64,000 nt of DNA from an uncultured Actinomycetes bacterium (GCA_963767005.1 CAVYCN010000018.1:68341-132340), one strand, 5' to 3'; shown: positions 33,594 to 42,924, counted from the stretch's first letter. Notes: generated by a model from the sequence alone, not told the origin. Program-made: numbers and translations.

Positions 33594-35000
33594 TCAGCGT
33601 CCGACGGGGTGCTTGCGGCCGGCCATCTCGCGGAAGCGCTCCACGCAGTTGACCGGCACGTCGAGCACGGCCGCGATGTTGAACTTGGCCTCGATCCCCA
33701 TGGGGTCGCCGACGTCGGTGATCTCGCCCGACTCGAGGATGCCGCCGAGGCCGTGCTCCTTGCGCACGTCGAGCATGACCGTCGGGTCGGAGAGGTCGAT
33801 CGTCGAGACGCCCAGCCGGTCGGCCACGTACCGCTTGGCCTCGACGAGCCGCATCCCTCGGGTGATCTGCATCCGGGCCACCAGATCTCCAGCAGTCCGG
33901 ATCCCGCCCATCCCCGAGGCGACGCCGTGGCTCACAGCCTGGCCGTACACGTCGCCCGCGCCCACCTACAAGCCATCCAGGCGCAGGATGTCGACCGCGG
34001 CGCGCGAGGCCCGGCAGGTGGCGTCGCCGGCCGGGGTGACGTGCATCGGCACGCCGCCCACCCCCATGCCGCCGTTCAGGTGCACCGGCACGGTCGCCTC
34101 GTCGCAGCACGGCTTGGCGATGGTCAGCGTGCGCGCCACGTTCCAGGCGATCGACCTGCCGGTGTTCACGTTGATCGCCGGGCCGAAGATGGTGACGCCG
34201 GCCTTGGCGGCCACCTTCATCTGCTCGCGCGGCCACAGGCCGGCGAGGCGCACGCCGTCGTACTCGAGCTCGCCGTGCATGCCGAGCACGAACTCGCCGG
34301 CCATGCCGATCTGGATGCCCACCGTCGGGTGCGCGGCGCGGATGCGCTCGACCGCCTTGAGCGTGGCGAGGAAGTCGGCGTCGCCGGCCGCGCCGGCCGT
34401 GTCGAGGTCGATGAACTCGGCGCCGGCTTCGATCAGCTCGTCGGCCACGAAGCAGATGTCGTCGACCGCGAGCTCGACCGCCTGTTCCTGGGCCGCGCGA
34501 GCTTCGTCGATGCGACCGAGCGGCAGAAGCTGCGACCAGTTCGGCACCGGACCGTCGGGCACGGTGTAGAGGCCGAGGTCGGGCATGGCGCCGTAGCCGA
34601 GCGGCGCCGTGGTCACGAACTGCGCCTGGCGCATCATGACCTGCTCGAAGGCCGTGACCCCCTTCGCCGGCTTGTAGGAGTAGTCGTGGTGGTAGAGCTC
34701 GAGCGAGTCGGCGCAGAGGTACTGCTCGTAGTACTGCAGGTCGTTGATGCGCGTGCCGAGGTCCTGGCTGCCGCAGCCGTCGAAGGACAGCACGACCTCG
34801 TCGCCGATGTCGACGCCGGTGAACCGGCTGTTCGAGCAGAAGATGTCGGCGAGGTGGGCGAGCTCGTCGGCGCCCAGCTCGGGACTCTTGCTGCGCTTGG
34901 CGCCGGCCTGCGTGCCGGCCTCGAGGTCGGCGCGGATCTGCGACGGCGTCATCTCGACGAGCGCGCCGTCGCCCATGCGCGTGCGGATCGTGGGTTCCAT
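33594..35000 (-). CDS. mtbB: MtbB-like dimethylamine methyltransferase, copy 3, with an in-frame TAG at 33966-33968
   Basis: '[12 protein letters not shown]' after a GAGGTGA Shine-Dalgarno. '...[21 protein letters not shown]...GDLVARMQ'. TGA stop. Confidence 0.75.
33966..33968 (-). other. in-frame amber codon (candidate pyrrolysine) in mtbB-like copy 3
   Basis: Plus strand 'cta'. ORFs 33966-35000 and 33594-33965 share a frame. Confidence 0.7.
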
Positions 35001-35430
35001 CGCTCACCTCATGGTCGGATGCGCCGTGAAGCCGAAAAGACCGAGAACTGAGCCGGGCAAGCCTCCTGCGTGAGCCCGGCGAGTCGAGCCTACTCCCCGG
35101 TCGCCGGACCTGCTACGGAAGGCGCGAAGAACGCACAAGTTCGCGAGCCGGGCCCGTCACCACCGTCGACGGGACGGCAGCCGGTCGCCGCGGAGCGGTG
35201 ACCCGGCGGTCCAAGCTCCGTCCACCCCCAGGCCGCGACGGACCGGCGCCGTCTCTACTAAGCAGATAAGAGTTGCCTGAGCGTAGAAGTGATGCAACAA
35301 TCCGACGTGATTTTCCGAGCCCCGCTGCTACGGCCTTCATGGGTGGTCGCCTGCGGGGTGACCACGCCCGGCGCACGCTGTACCTGGGGAGCGCCGGACG
35401 GTCTGTGAAACGGAGCAAGGGGAGGTCTGC

Positions 35431-36939
35431 ATGCCTGAAATCCAAATGGCGACCGAGAAAGCCAAACTCACCAAGACCCTACGTCGGTGGGACATGGCGC
35501 TGTTCACCGCCTGCGCCATCATCGGGTTCGACTCGCTCGCCTACACCACCTCGGTCGGGCTGGGCCAGGCCATCACCTGGCTGATCATCACCTTCTTCAT
35601 CTTCCTCATCCCGTTCGGCCTGCTCACCGCCGAGGTCAGCACCGCCTTCCCGGCCGAGGGTGGCGTCTACGCCTGGTGCCGCATGGCGTTCGGCAAGCTC
35701 TTCGGCGAGCTCGCCACCATGATGTACTGGCTGTCGAACGCGATCTGGCTGGGCGGCACGCTGACCGCCGTCACGATCGGTGTCATCGATGTCTTCTTCA
35801 CGCCCAAACACCTGCTCGGCACCGCCGCGTCGATCGTCGTCGGCCTCGTTTTCACCTGGGTGACCATCTTCTTGTCGGTGATCAACCTCAAGTACGGCAA
35901 GTGGACGGGCAACCTGGGCACCTTCTTCAAGGCCATCATCATGGTGGTGATGGCGGTACTCGGCATCCTCTTCCTGGTTCGCCACGGCATCCCCAAGGGG
36001 ATCGCCCCGGCGAGCTCGTACACGCCCAGCATCACAGGCTTCCTCGCCGTCATCGGCGTCATCGTCTTCCTGTGGGTCGGCTTCGAGCTCCAGGGCTCGG
36101 CCAGCGAGGAGATGGTCAATCCGCAGAAGGACGTGCCGCGCTCGATTCTCAGCTCCGGCGCCATCACGACCGCCATGTACGTCGTTGTCATGCTCTGCAT
36201 GCTCCTCGTGCTGAAGGAGAAGGACCTCACCGCAGCGTCCGGCATCCCCGCCGCGGTGCAGGCCGTCATGGCCGACGCGGTGGGTAGCGGCACGGCCAAG
36301 GCGATCGGCTATTTCCTCGGCGTCATCTTCATCCTGCAGTACCTGAGCTCGGCGTCGGTGTGGACCCTGGGTTCGGCCCGCGTGCAGGCAGTGGCCTCGC
36401 TCGACGGCTCGGCCCCGCGCATGCTCGGCAAGTTCTCCAAGCAGGGCACCCCGCTCGCGATGTGCGTCCTCATGGGCATCGTCGGCTCGATCATGTGCTT
36501 CATCGTGTTCCTCGTGACGAGCGGCAGCCTGCACAGCTTCATCGTCGTGATGATCGCCCTCGACACCTCGCTCACGGTGGTCGTCTACGTCTTCCTGATC
36601 CCGGCGATGGTGCGTCTGCGCACCACGCACGCGCACGTCCATCGGCCGTTCATCGTGCCGGGCGGCGCGGTCGGCCTGTGGGCCTGCGCGGCCATCACTT
36701 GGATCCTCTCCGTCATCACCTGCATCACCCTGCTGTGGCCGGGCCTCATCAACAACATGCTCGGCCAGAGCTTCTCGATCACGGACTACGAGGGCATGTC
36801 CCGGCTGCGGTTCGAGCTCATGGACCTCGGCACGTTCGTCGTCCTCATGATCATTGGCGTGGGCTTCTGGGCCTACGGTCGTACACAGGGCACGGTCTCC
36901 GAAGACGCCGTCATCGAGGGCGTCGTCGAGGAGTCCTGA
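35431..36939 (+). CDS. APC-superfamily amino acid/amine permease
   Basis: 12-TMS profile. AAGGGGAGG Shine-Dalgarno before the ATG. It is preceded by a 180-nt leader of lower GC. Confidence 0.8.
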   Translation: MPEIQMATEKAKLTKTLRRWDMALFTACAIIGFDSLAYTTSVGLGQAITWLIITFFIFLIPFGLLTAEVSTAFPAEGGVYAWCRMAFGKLFGELATMMYWLSNAIWLGGTLTAVTIGVIDVFFTPKHLLGTAASIVVGLVFTWVTIFLSVINLKYGKWTGNLGTFFKAIIMVVMAVLGILFLVRHGIPKGIAPASSYTPSITGFLAVIGVIVFLWVGFELQGSASEEMVNPQKDVPRSILSSGAITTAMYVVVMLCMLLVLKEKDLTAASGIPAAVQAVMADAVGSGTAKAIGYFLGVIFILQYLSSASVWTLGSARVQAVASLDGSAPRMLGKFSKQGTPLAMCVLMGIVGSIMCFIVFLVTSGSLHSFIVVMIALDTSLTVVVYVFLIPAMVRLRTTHAHVHRPFIVPGGAVGLWACAAITWILSVITCITLLWPGLINNMLGQSFSITDYEGMSRLRFELMDLGTFVVLMIIGVGFWAYGRTQGTVSEDAVIEGVVEES

Positions 36940-36989
36940 CGATCCTCACCTGCGATCCCACCGTCTGAGGTCGATCGCCTCTGACGGCC

Positions 36990-37041
36990 GGGACCGGGGC
37001 GGGGCGAGCCTTGCGGCTCGCCCCGCCCCGGTCCCTTTTTC
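36990..37041 (+). terminator. intrinsic terminator after the APC permease
   Basis: 'ggaccggggcggggcgagcc ttgc ggctcgccccgccccggtcc' followed by CTTTTT. Confidence 0.8.
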
Positions 37042-37166
37042 GTGAGGCCGCATTGACGGCGGCCGTACCGATGCCGGAGCATTGTCGGCAGACGGCCCCG
37101 CATCGCGCGGTTCGACTCGCGAGGGCCTGGCGGCGACCGGCGGCGGCCGGCATACGAGGGGGCATC

Positions 37167-38057
37167 ATGAGCGATCAGTCGGCGTCCCGCGTCTCGGGCG
37201 ACACCATCATCCGCGCCTACGAAGCCTCCGACTTCGACGCGCTCGTCGGCCTCATCGGCGCGGCCTTCGGCGGCGAGACGCCCGACAGCGTGCGGTTCGC
37301 GGCATCGGCGGCGAACACCGTCACCTTCATCGCGCAGCGCGCCGACGACGTGGTCGGCGTCGCGATGGCGATCGTGTTCGGCGCCACGGCCTGGATCGGC
37401 AACGTGGTCGTCGCCGCCGAGTGCCGGCGGGGCGGCCTGGGGACGGCGCTGACCGAGGCGGCGGTCGCCGCGGCCCGCGAGCGGGCCGGCACCGTGCTGC
37501 TGCTGGCGCTGGGCGACGCCCAGCGCATCTACACGCGTCTCGGCTTCGAGCCCGACGGCCTCTACGGCACATGGCAGGCGACCAACGCGACGCCGGGGCT
37601 GGTCGCGGCCGGGCGCGCCGGCGACCCCGGCCCGCGGCTGGTCCCGGCCGCCGACACGCCCGGCCTCTTCGAGCAGGGCATCGCCCTCGACCGCTGGGCG
37701 ACCGGCGAGGACCGGCGCGCGTACCTCGAGCTGTTCGGCCCCTCCATGAAGGTCGCTCTGCGCCGCGACGCCTTAGGCGTCGAGACGGTCGCCGCCTACC
37801 GCACGCGCAAGGCCTGGGGCACCGGCGCCGTCGTCGCGCGCGACGCCGGCGCGGCTCGCGCCGTCCTGTGCGACCTGCTGCGCGAGGCTCCCGGCACGCG
37901 TCTCGAGTTCCCCGACGCGAACGAGTCGGGCGTGCGGCTCGCCGCCGAGCTCGGCCTCGAGCGCTTCAAGGAGAACCTGCGCATGCGCCTCGGTCCGCCG
38001 GTCGCCGGCTTCAGGCCGCAGGCCGTCTTCAAGGCGCTCTCACCCGCGGTCGGCTAG
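37167..38057 (+). CDS. GNAT-family N-acetyltransferase with a C-terminal extension
   Basis: GAGGGGG Shine-Dalgarno. Acetyl-CoA motif 'ECRRGGLGTALTEAAV'. Confidence 0.65.
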   Translation: MSDQSASRVSGDTIIRAYEASDFDALVGLIGAAFGGETPDSVRFAASAANTVTFIAQRADDVVGVAMAIVFGATAWIGNVVVAAECRRGGLGTALTEAAVAAARERAGTVLLLALGDAQRIYTRLGFEPDGLYGTWQATNATPGLVAAGRAGDPGPRLVPAADTPGLFEQGIALDRWATGEDRRAYLELFGPSMKVALRRDALGVETVAAYRTRKAWGTGAVVARDAGAARAVLCDLLREAPGTRLEFPDANESGVRLAAELGLERFKENLRMRLGPPVAGFRPQAVFKALSPAVG

Positions 38058-38121
38058 CGGCCGGCGCCGAAGCGGCCGCTGCCGAGGCCGCGGGGCTCAG
38101 ATGCCGCGGAAGTCGTGAGGC

Positions 38122-39180
38122 TCAGGCCGTGGCGAACTCGAGCCGCAGGGTCTCGGCGATCTGTTCGGGCGTCACGAAGATGAGCTCGCCGCCGAGCTGC
38201 TTCTGCAGGAAGTAGTCGTCGGTGCGGTAGTCCTGCCGGAAGGCCGTGCGCGCCACGACGTGGAGCTGCACGGCGTAGGTGTCGATCGAGCCGCCGAGCG
38301 GCCCGCCCGAGAGCGTGAAGTTGAAAGCCGACAGGCCCTCGCGCTCGTACCAGGCGAGCACCCGCGAGAGCCCGAAGGCGGCCTCGCTCACCTGCTCGTC
38401 GTCGAGCGCCGCCACTCGCGCGACGCCGGGCAGCAGGCCCACGACCTCGCGCCCGCCGGTCGGCGCGAAGGGGGCCAGCCAGGTCCAGCCGGCGCGGCTG
38501 CCGATGAAGCGCTCGCCGTGTGACTGCTCCTCGTCGGCGAGCGCGCGCCAGTACGACACGCCGTGCTCGCCGCGGAAGGCCGCAGCCCGCTCCCACTGCA
38601 GACGCACGAGCCACGGCGCCCCGGTACCCCCGAAGACCTGGAAGTGAGGGTGCACCATGCTCGCCCCGGCCGGCAGCATGTTGTTACAGCACACCTCGAG
38701 GTGCTCGAGGCCGGCGACGGCGCCCTCGGCGAGCCCGGCGAACTCGACCGCCGCGCCGAGGCCCTCGTGCAGCAGGCCGGGCGCGAAGTCGGAGGGCCGC
38801 AGGAAGTGGCGCTTGGGATAGGTCACGACGGCGTGCAGCGCGGCGAGCGGGAAAAGGTTCGGAAAGACGAGGGCGCGACCGTGCTCGAGCCGGCCGCCGG
38901 GGACGATCTCGTCGGGATACCTCGGCGTGACCTCGAGCACCCTGTCGGGACAGAAGAAGCAGCCCTCGCGCGAGCTCCTGGCAAGCTGCTCCGCGTACTC
39001 CCAGTCGGTGCTCCCGTAGAACATCGCCTCTTTCGAGGCAAGCTCCGCCGACGCCACCGCCGTCGCCCCCGTGAGCGGGTCGCGCCGCACCTCGATGGGC
39101 TGCTCGGTGTGCGCCATGCCGAGCAGCGGGCTGAAGAAGGCTGCCGTCTCGGTGGTGCGCTCGAAGCTGATCAGTGCCAT
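38122..39180 (-). CDS. HIT-superfamily hexose-1-phosphate nucleotidyltransferase (GalT-like)
   Basis: 'CFFCP' zinc motif and 'HPHFQVF' (HxHxQ). GAGGGGG Shine-Dalgarno. Confidence 0.65.
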   Translation of the reverse strand: MALISFERTTETAAFFSPLLGMAHTEQPIEVRRDPLTGATAVASAELASKEAMFYGSTDWEYAEQLARSSREGCFFCPDRVLEVTPRYPDEIVPGGRLEHGRALVFPNLFPLAALHAVVTYPKRHFLRPSDFAPGLLHEGLGAAVEFAGLAEGAVAGLEHLEVCCNNMLPAGASMVHPHFQVFGGTGAPWLVRLQWERAAAFRGEHGVSYWRALADEEQSHGERFIGSRAGWTWLAPFAPTGGREVVGLLPGVARVAALDDEQVSEAAFGLSRVLAWYEREGLSAFNFTLSGGPLGGSIDTYAVQLHVVARTAFRQDYRTDDYFLQKQLGGELIFVTPEQIAETLRLEFATA

Positions 39181-39279
39181 GGGGGACCCCCTCGCCGGGT
39201 GTCGGTTCGCTGCCGGCCCCGATGATACGGGTGCGGACGGGCGCCGGGCAACGACGGCGCCCGTCCGCCTGCCTCTCCC

Positions 39280-41445
39280 CTACGCGGCCTGCGTCTGCGA
39301 GCGGGCGGCGTCGGCCAGCGTGCCGAGCAAGCCGCCGACCGACTCGCGCACCGCCTCGCTGCGTCCTCCGTCACGCACGCAGCTCCACACCAGATGAGTG
39401 TCGCCTGCCCCGTCGCCGCGCGCCGGTCCCATGACGTCGCGGATCTGGCGCTGCGCCTCGCGCAGATGGCCTTCGTCGCACGACGCGCCCATCACCGCGA
39501 GCGGCTTGCCGGCGAGGGCCTCGCGACCGTCCTGCGAGTCCGCCGCCCAGGCGAAGGCGTTGCGCAGCGCCGCGCGCACGTCGCCCTCGTACTGCGGCGT
39601 CGCCACGAGCACGGCGCCCGCCCGGCGCAGCGCGGCGCGCAGATGCTCGACCTGCACCGGCTCGGCCGTCTCGGTGGCCGCGCCGTCGCCTGGGTAGTCG
39701 GGTAGCGAGGCGACGTCGAACTCGTCGATCGTCATGCCCTCGGGCGCCTGACGCTGGGCCGCGCGGAACAGGCTGCGATGGTACGAGCGCCGGCCGCCGG
39801 CGGACGCGCTGGCCGCGACCAGGCCGAGCACCTGCACGGGGCGCGACTGCACGGCGACGGGCGCCGCGGCCCGCGCGGGACCGGCGGCGGCGGCCGGCAC
39901 GGCCGCCGCCGCCTCGGCCGCCACCTTCGCCTTCGACTCGATGAGGGCGGCCGCGAGCGCGGCCGCCCCGGCGAGCACGCCGGCCAGCACCCAGAAGCCC
40001 ACCCGGAAGCCGTGCGTGGCGGCCGCGACCGGAGCCAGCGCGCCCAGGCCGGCGTGAGTCCGCAGGTAGCTCGTCGTCGCGGTCGTGGCGACCGTCGTGA
40101 TCACCGCGAGACCCACCGCGCCGCCGATCTGCTGGCTCGTGTTGATCAGGCCCGACGCCGCGCCCGCCTCGTCGCCGCGAGCGCCGGTCAGCGACGAGAT
40201 CGTGTCGGGTACGAAGGCCAGACCCAGGCCGGCGCCCGTGAGCAGGAACCCGGGCAGCAGGTCGGCGACGTAGCTGCCGTGCACCGGCAGGCGCGTGTAG
40301 AGCAGCACGGCGACGGCGGCCAGGGCGAGCCCGACGGGCAGCACCACGCGCGAGCCGAACCGGTTGACGAGCGACTGGGCTACCACCGCCGAGACCACGA
40401 CGAGGAACGTGGTCGCGATGTAGGCCACGCCCGTCTTGAGGGCCGAGTAGCCCAGGATCTGCTGCATGTACAGGGACAGCAGGAAGAACTGCGAGAACAG
40501 GCCCGCCCCGATCAGAAAGCCGACTACGTTCGCCGCCCGGGGCGTGCGCAGGCCGAGGATGCGGAGCGGCAGCACGGCGTTGCGCGAGCGCACCTCGATG
40601 ACGACGAAGGCGGTGAGCAGACCGGCGGCGGCGATCAGCAGACCGATCGTCTCGGCCGCGCCCCAGCCGACCTGCGTCGCCCGGGTGAGGGCGTAGACGA
40701 GGACCATGAGGCCGCCGGTCACGGTCACGGCGCCGGGCAGGTCGAAGCTGCGCCGGGCGCCCTCGAGACGGCTCGCCGGCAGCAGGAACGGGCACAGCGC
40801 GATCAGCGCCGCGCCGATCGGCACGTTGATGTAGAAGATCCACTGCCAGCCCAGGCCGCTCGTCAGCACGCCGCCCAGCAGGGTGCCGGCCGCCGCCCCG
40901 CTGCCGGCGATGCCGCCCCAGATACCGAGCGCCAGGTTGCGCTCGCGGCCCTCGGCGAACGTCGCGACCAGGATCGACAGGGCCGCCGGCGACAGCAGCG
41001 CGCCGCCCAGCCCCTGGATGCAGCGGAAGGTGATGAGCGACGCCTCGGACCACGACAGCCCGCAGGCGAGCGAGGCGCCGGCGAACAGAATGAGCCCGAT
41101 CATGAACAGGCGCCGGCGGCCCAGCACATCGGCGAGGCGGCCGCCCAGCAGCAGGAACCCGCCGAAGAAGATGGCGTAGGCCGACAGCACCCACTGCAGG
41201 CTCTCGACCGAGAAGTGCAGGTCGCTGCGGATCGAGGGCAGCGCGACGTTCACCACCGCGACGTCGAGCACGACCATGAACTGGGCCACGCAGATCGCGG
41301 CGAGGATGTACCACTTGCGGCGATCCCAGGCCGAGCGGCCCGGGCTCGGCGCGTCTGCGCCGCGCTCGCCGCCCGGGCCCGAGCGGCCCGCGCCCGGTCC
41401 GGCTGCGCCGAAGGCGGGTGACGGAGATGTCTGAGGGTCGGCCAT
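39280..41445 (-). CDS. MFS transporter (DHA2/EmrB-like, 14 TMS) fused in-frame to a C-terminal NADPH-dependent FMN-reductase-like domain
   Basis: AGGGAGAGG Shine-Dalgarno before ATG 41445. About 510 aa of MFS, then an Ala/Pro linker, then '...VLVATPQYEGDVRAALRNAFAWA...GKPLAVMGAS'. There is no stop codon between the two parts. Confidence 0.7.
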   Translation of the reverse strand: MADPQTSPSPAFGAAGPGAGRSGPGGERGADAPSPGRSAWDRRKWYILAAICVAQFMVVLDVAVVNVALPSIRSDLHFSVESLQWVLSAYAIFFGGFLLLGGRLADVLGRRRLFMIGLILFAGASLACGLSWSEASLITFRCIQGLGGALLSPAALSILVATFAEGRERNLALGIWGGIAGSGAAAGTLLGGVLTSGLGWQWIFYINVPIGAALIALCPFLLPASRLEGARRSFDLPGAVTVTGGLMVLVYALTRATQVGWGAAETIGLLIAAAGLLTAFVVIEVRSRNAVLPLRILGLRTPRAANVVGFLIGAGLFSQFFLLSLYMQQILGYSALKTGVAYIATTFLVVVSAVVAQSLVNRFGSRVVLPVGLALAAVAVLLYTRLPVHGSYVADLLPGFLLTGAGLGLAFVPDTISSLTGARGDEAGAASGLINTSQQIGGAVGLAVITTVATTATTSYLRTHAGLGALAPVAAATHGFRVGFWVLAGVLAGAAALAAALIESKAKVAAEAAAAVPAAAAGPARAAAPVAVQSRPVQVLGLVAASASAGGRRSYHRSLFRAAQRQAPEGMTIDEFDVASLPDYPGDGAATETAEPVQVEHLRAALRRAGAVLVATPQYEGDVRAALRNAFAWAADSQDGREALAGKPLAVMGASCDEGHLREAQRQIRDVMGPARGDGAGDTHLVWSCVRDGGRSEAVRESVGGLLGTLADAARSQTQAA

Positions 41446-41768
41446 CGTCCTCTCCCTGGCCTCGTGGCTCGGCGGCGCACCGTTCCGGCGACGCGCCGCC
41501 CCGCGGTCTTGCCTGTCGACTTCGGCGGCGCGGACCGGTGGTCTTCTGGACGTCACGACCACGCGGCAGGGCCCGCCCCGGCCAATCGTTTCGCCGTGCT
41601 TTCCCCGACTTTTGAGCGCCCAACCCATCAGATCGCCACGGGTGAGCAACGGCTCCGAGGACTAAGGCGACCACACGCCGGGGTATCCCGAGGCCGACGC
41701 GGCGCCGGGGTCGCAGGCCGGCCGCCGCCGTCCCGAGGGATGCAGGCTCGAACGAGAGGGACAGCTGC

Positions 41769-42875
41769 GTGACCGACATCGTCGCCGCACGGATGGACGG
41801 CCGGGCCCCGGCGACCGGCCACACGAGATTCGACGGCGCGGCCGCTGGCGGCGGCGGCGCGCGCCGCGATCCGGTCGTCTACCTCGATCACGTGCCGGAC
41901 GCGCTGCTGGCCGAGCTGCCCGCGCGCTACAGCAGCCCCTTCAGCACCGCCGAGTACTTCGCCATCTACGACCGGCCCGCGCACCTGCAGGCGGTCGAGC
42001 TGGGCACGCCGCGCCACGTGCTGGTCTTCACCTCGCGCGGCGCCACCGCCGACGTCCTGAACAAGGTGATCGACATCGAGCCGAGCGCCCTGCGCGACGC
42101 CGCCGATGCCATCTTTCGCGCGCGGCCGGACGTCAGGCGCATACGAGCCGAGGTGAAGTTCCCGCCAAGCCGGCTCGAAGGCCCCCAACGGGAGGTCTGC
42201 TTCAGCGACGACAACGTGGTCGAGCTGCCGGGCAACCTGGATGAGTATGAGGCGTCACTGGGGTCGTCGACCCGCCGGAACCTGCGTCGCGCCCGCAATC
42301 GCCTGCTGCGCGCGCATCCGGACTTCACGGTGCACACGGTGGAGGGCAGCGACATCACCTACGACCTCGTACGTCAGGCGTTCGCCTGGAGCGAGGAGCG
42401 TATCCGCGCGAAGGGGCAGGTGTGGGGCTACGCCGGCCAGCCCGTCGCCGCCCATCAGGTCTGGCGCCTGCTGACCGCGCACGGCGTGGCGCTGTGCGGC
42501 TTCATCGGCGATCGCCTCGTGGCCGTCAGCCTCTGTCTGTTCGTCGGTCGCGACTCATGGGCCCACACGGCGGGCTACGATCCCGCCTTCCTCGACCTGC
42601 GCCTGGGCGCGCTCATGGTCTCGTTCGTGATCGCCGAGAGCATCAGCCGGGACTGCGGACGCTGTCATCTGTTGTGGGGCACGCCGACGTACAAGTGCGA
42701 CCTCGGCGCCCGGCCGGTCCGCGCCTGGCGCGTCTCGATCTACCGCTCACGACTCGAGCAGGCGCTGTACGCGCCGGAGCGCTGGCCGGTGCTCTGGCGC
42801 CAGCGCAACGACCACTACTGGCGCCTGCGCGGCGCCGCGAAGCGGCGGCTGCTGGGGACGATCGCCCGGGCCTGA
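41769..42875 (+). CDS. hypothetical protein, possibly a CelD/FemAB-like GNAT
   Basis: GAGGGA Shine-Dalgarno before the GTG start. Weak resemblance to the acetyltransf_6 family. Confidence 0.5.
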   Translation: MTDIVAARMDGRAPATGHTRFDGAAAGGGGARRDPVVYLDHVPDALLAELPARYSSPFSTAEYFAIYDRPAHLQAVELGTPRHVLVFTSRGATADVLNKVIDIEPSALRDAADAIFRARPDVRRIRAEVKFPPSRLEGPQREVCFSDDNVVELPGNLDEYEASLGSSTRRNLRRARNRLLRAHPDFTVHTVEGSDITYDLVRQAFAWSEERIRAKGQVWGYAGQPVAAHQVWRLLTAHGVALCGFIGDRLVAVSLCLFVGRDSWAHTAGYDPAFLDLRLGALMVSFVIAESISRDCGRCHLLWGTPTYKCDLGARPVRAWRVSIYRSRLEQALYAPERWPVLWRQRNDHYWRLRGAAKRRLLGTIARA

Positions 42876-42924
42876 CGCGAGCGCGCCGAGCAACCCGGGA
42901 ACGCCACGTTTGATAGGCAACATG

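Noticed and set aside
32392-35007. 871-aa ORF on the minus strand.
   Set aside because: Only its C-terminal third (32392-33417) is a real gene, the 2-hydroxyacid dehydrogenase. The upstream part runs out of frame through mtbB copy 3 and its terminator hairpin.
39280-41649. Using the first ATG of the 789-aa ORF as the MFS start.
   Set aside because: The first 68 codons are Arg-rich and lack a Shine-Dalgarno. ATG 41445 has an AGGGAGAGG Shine-Dalgarno and begins the conserved MFS N-terminus.
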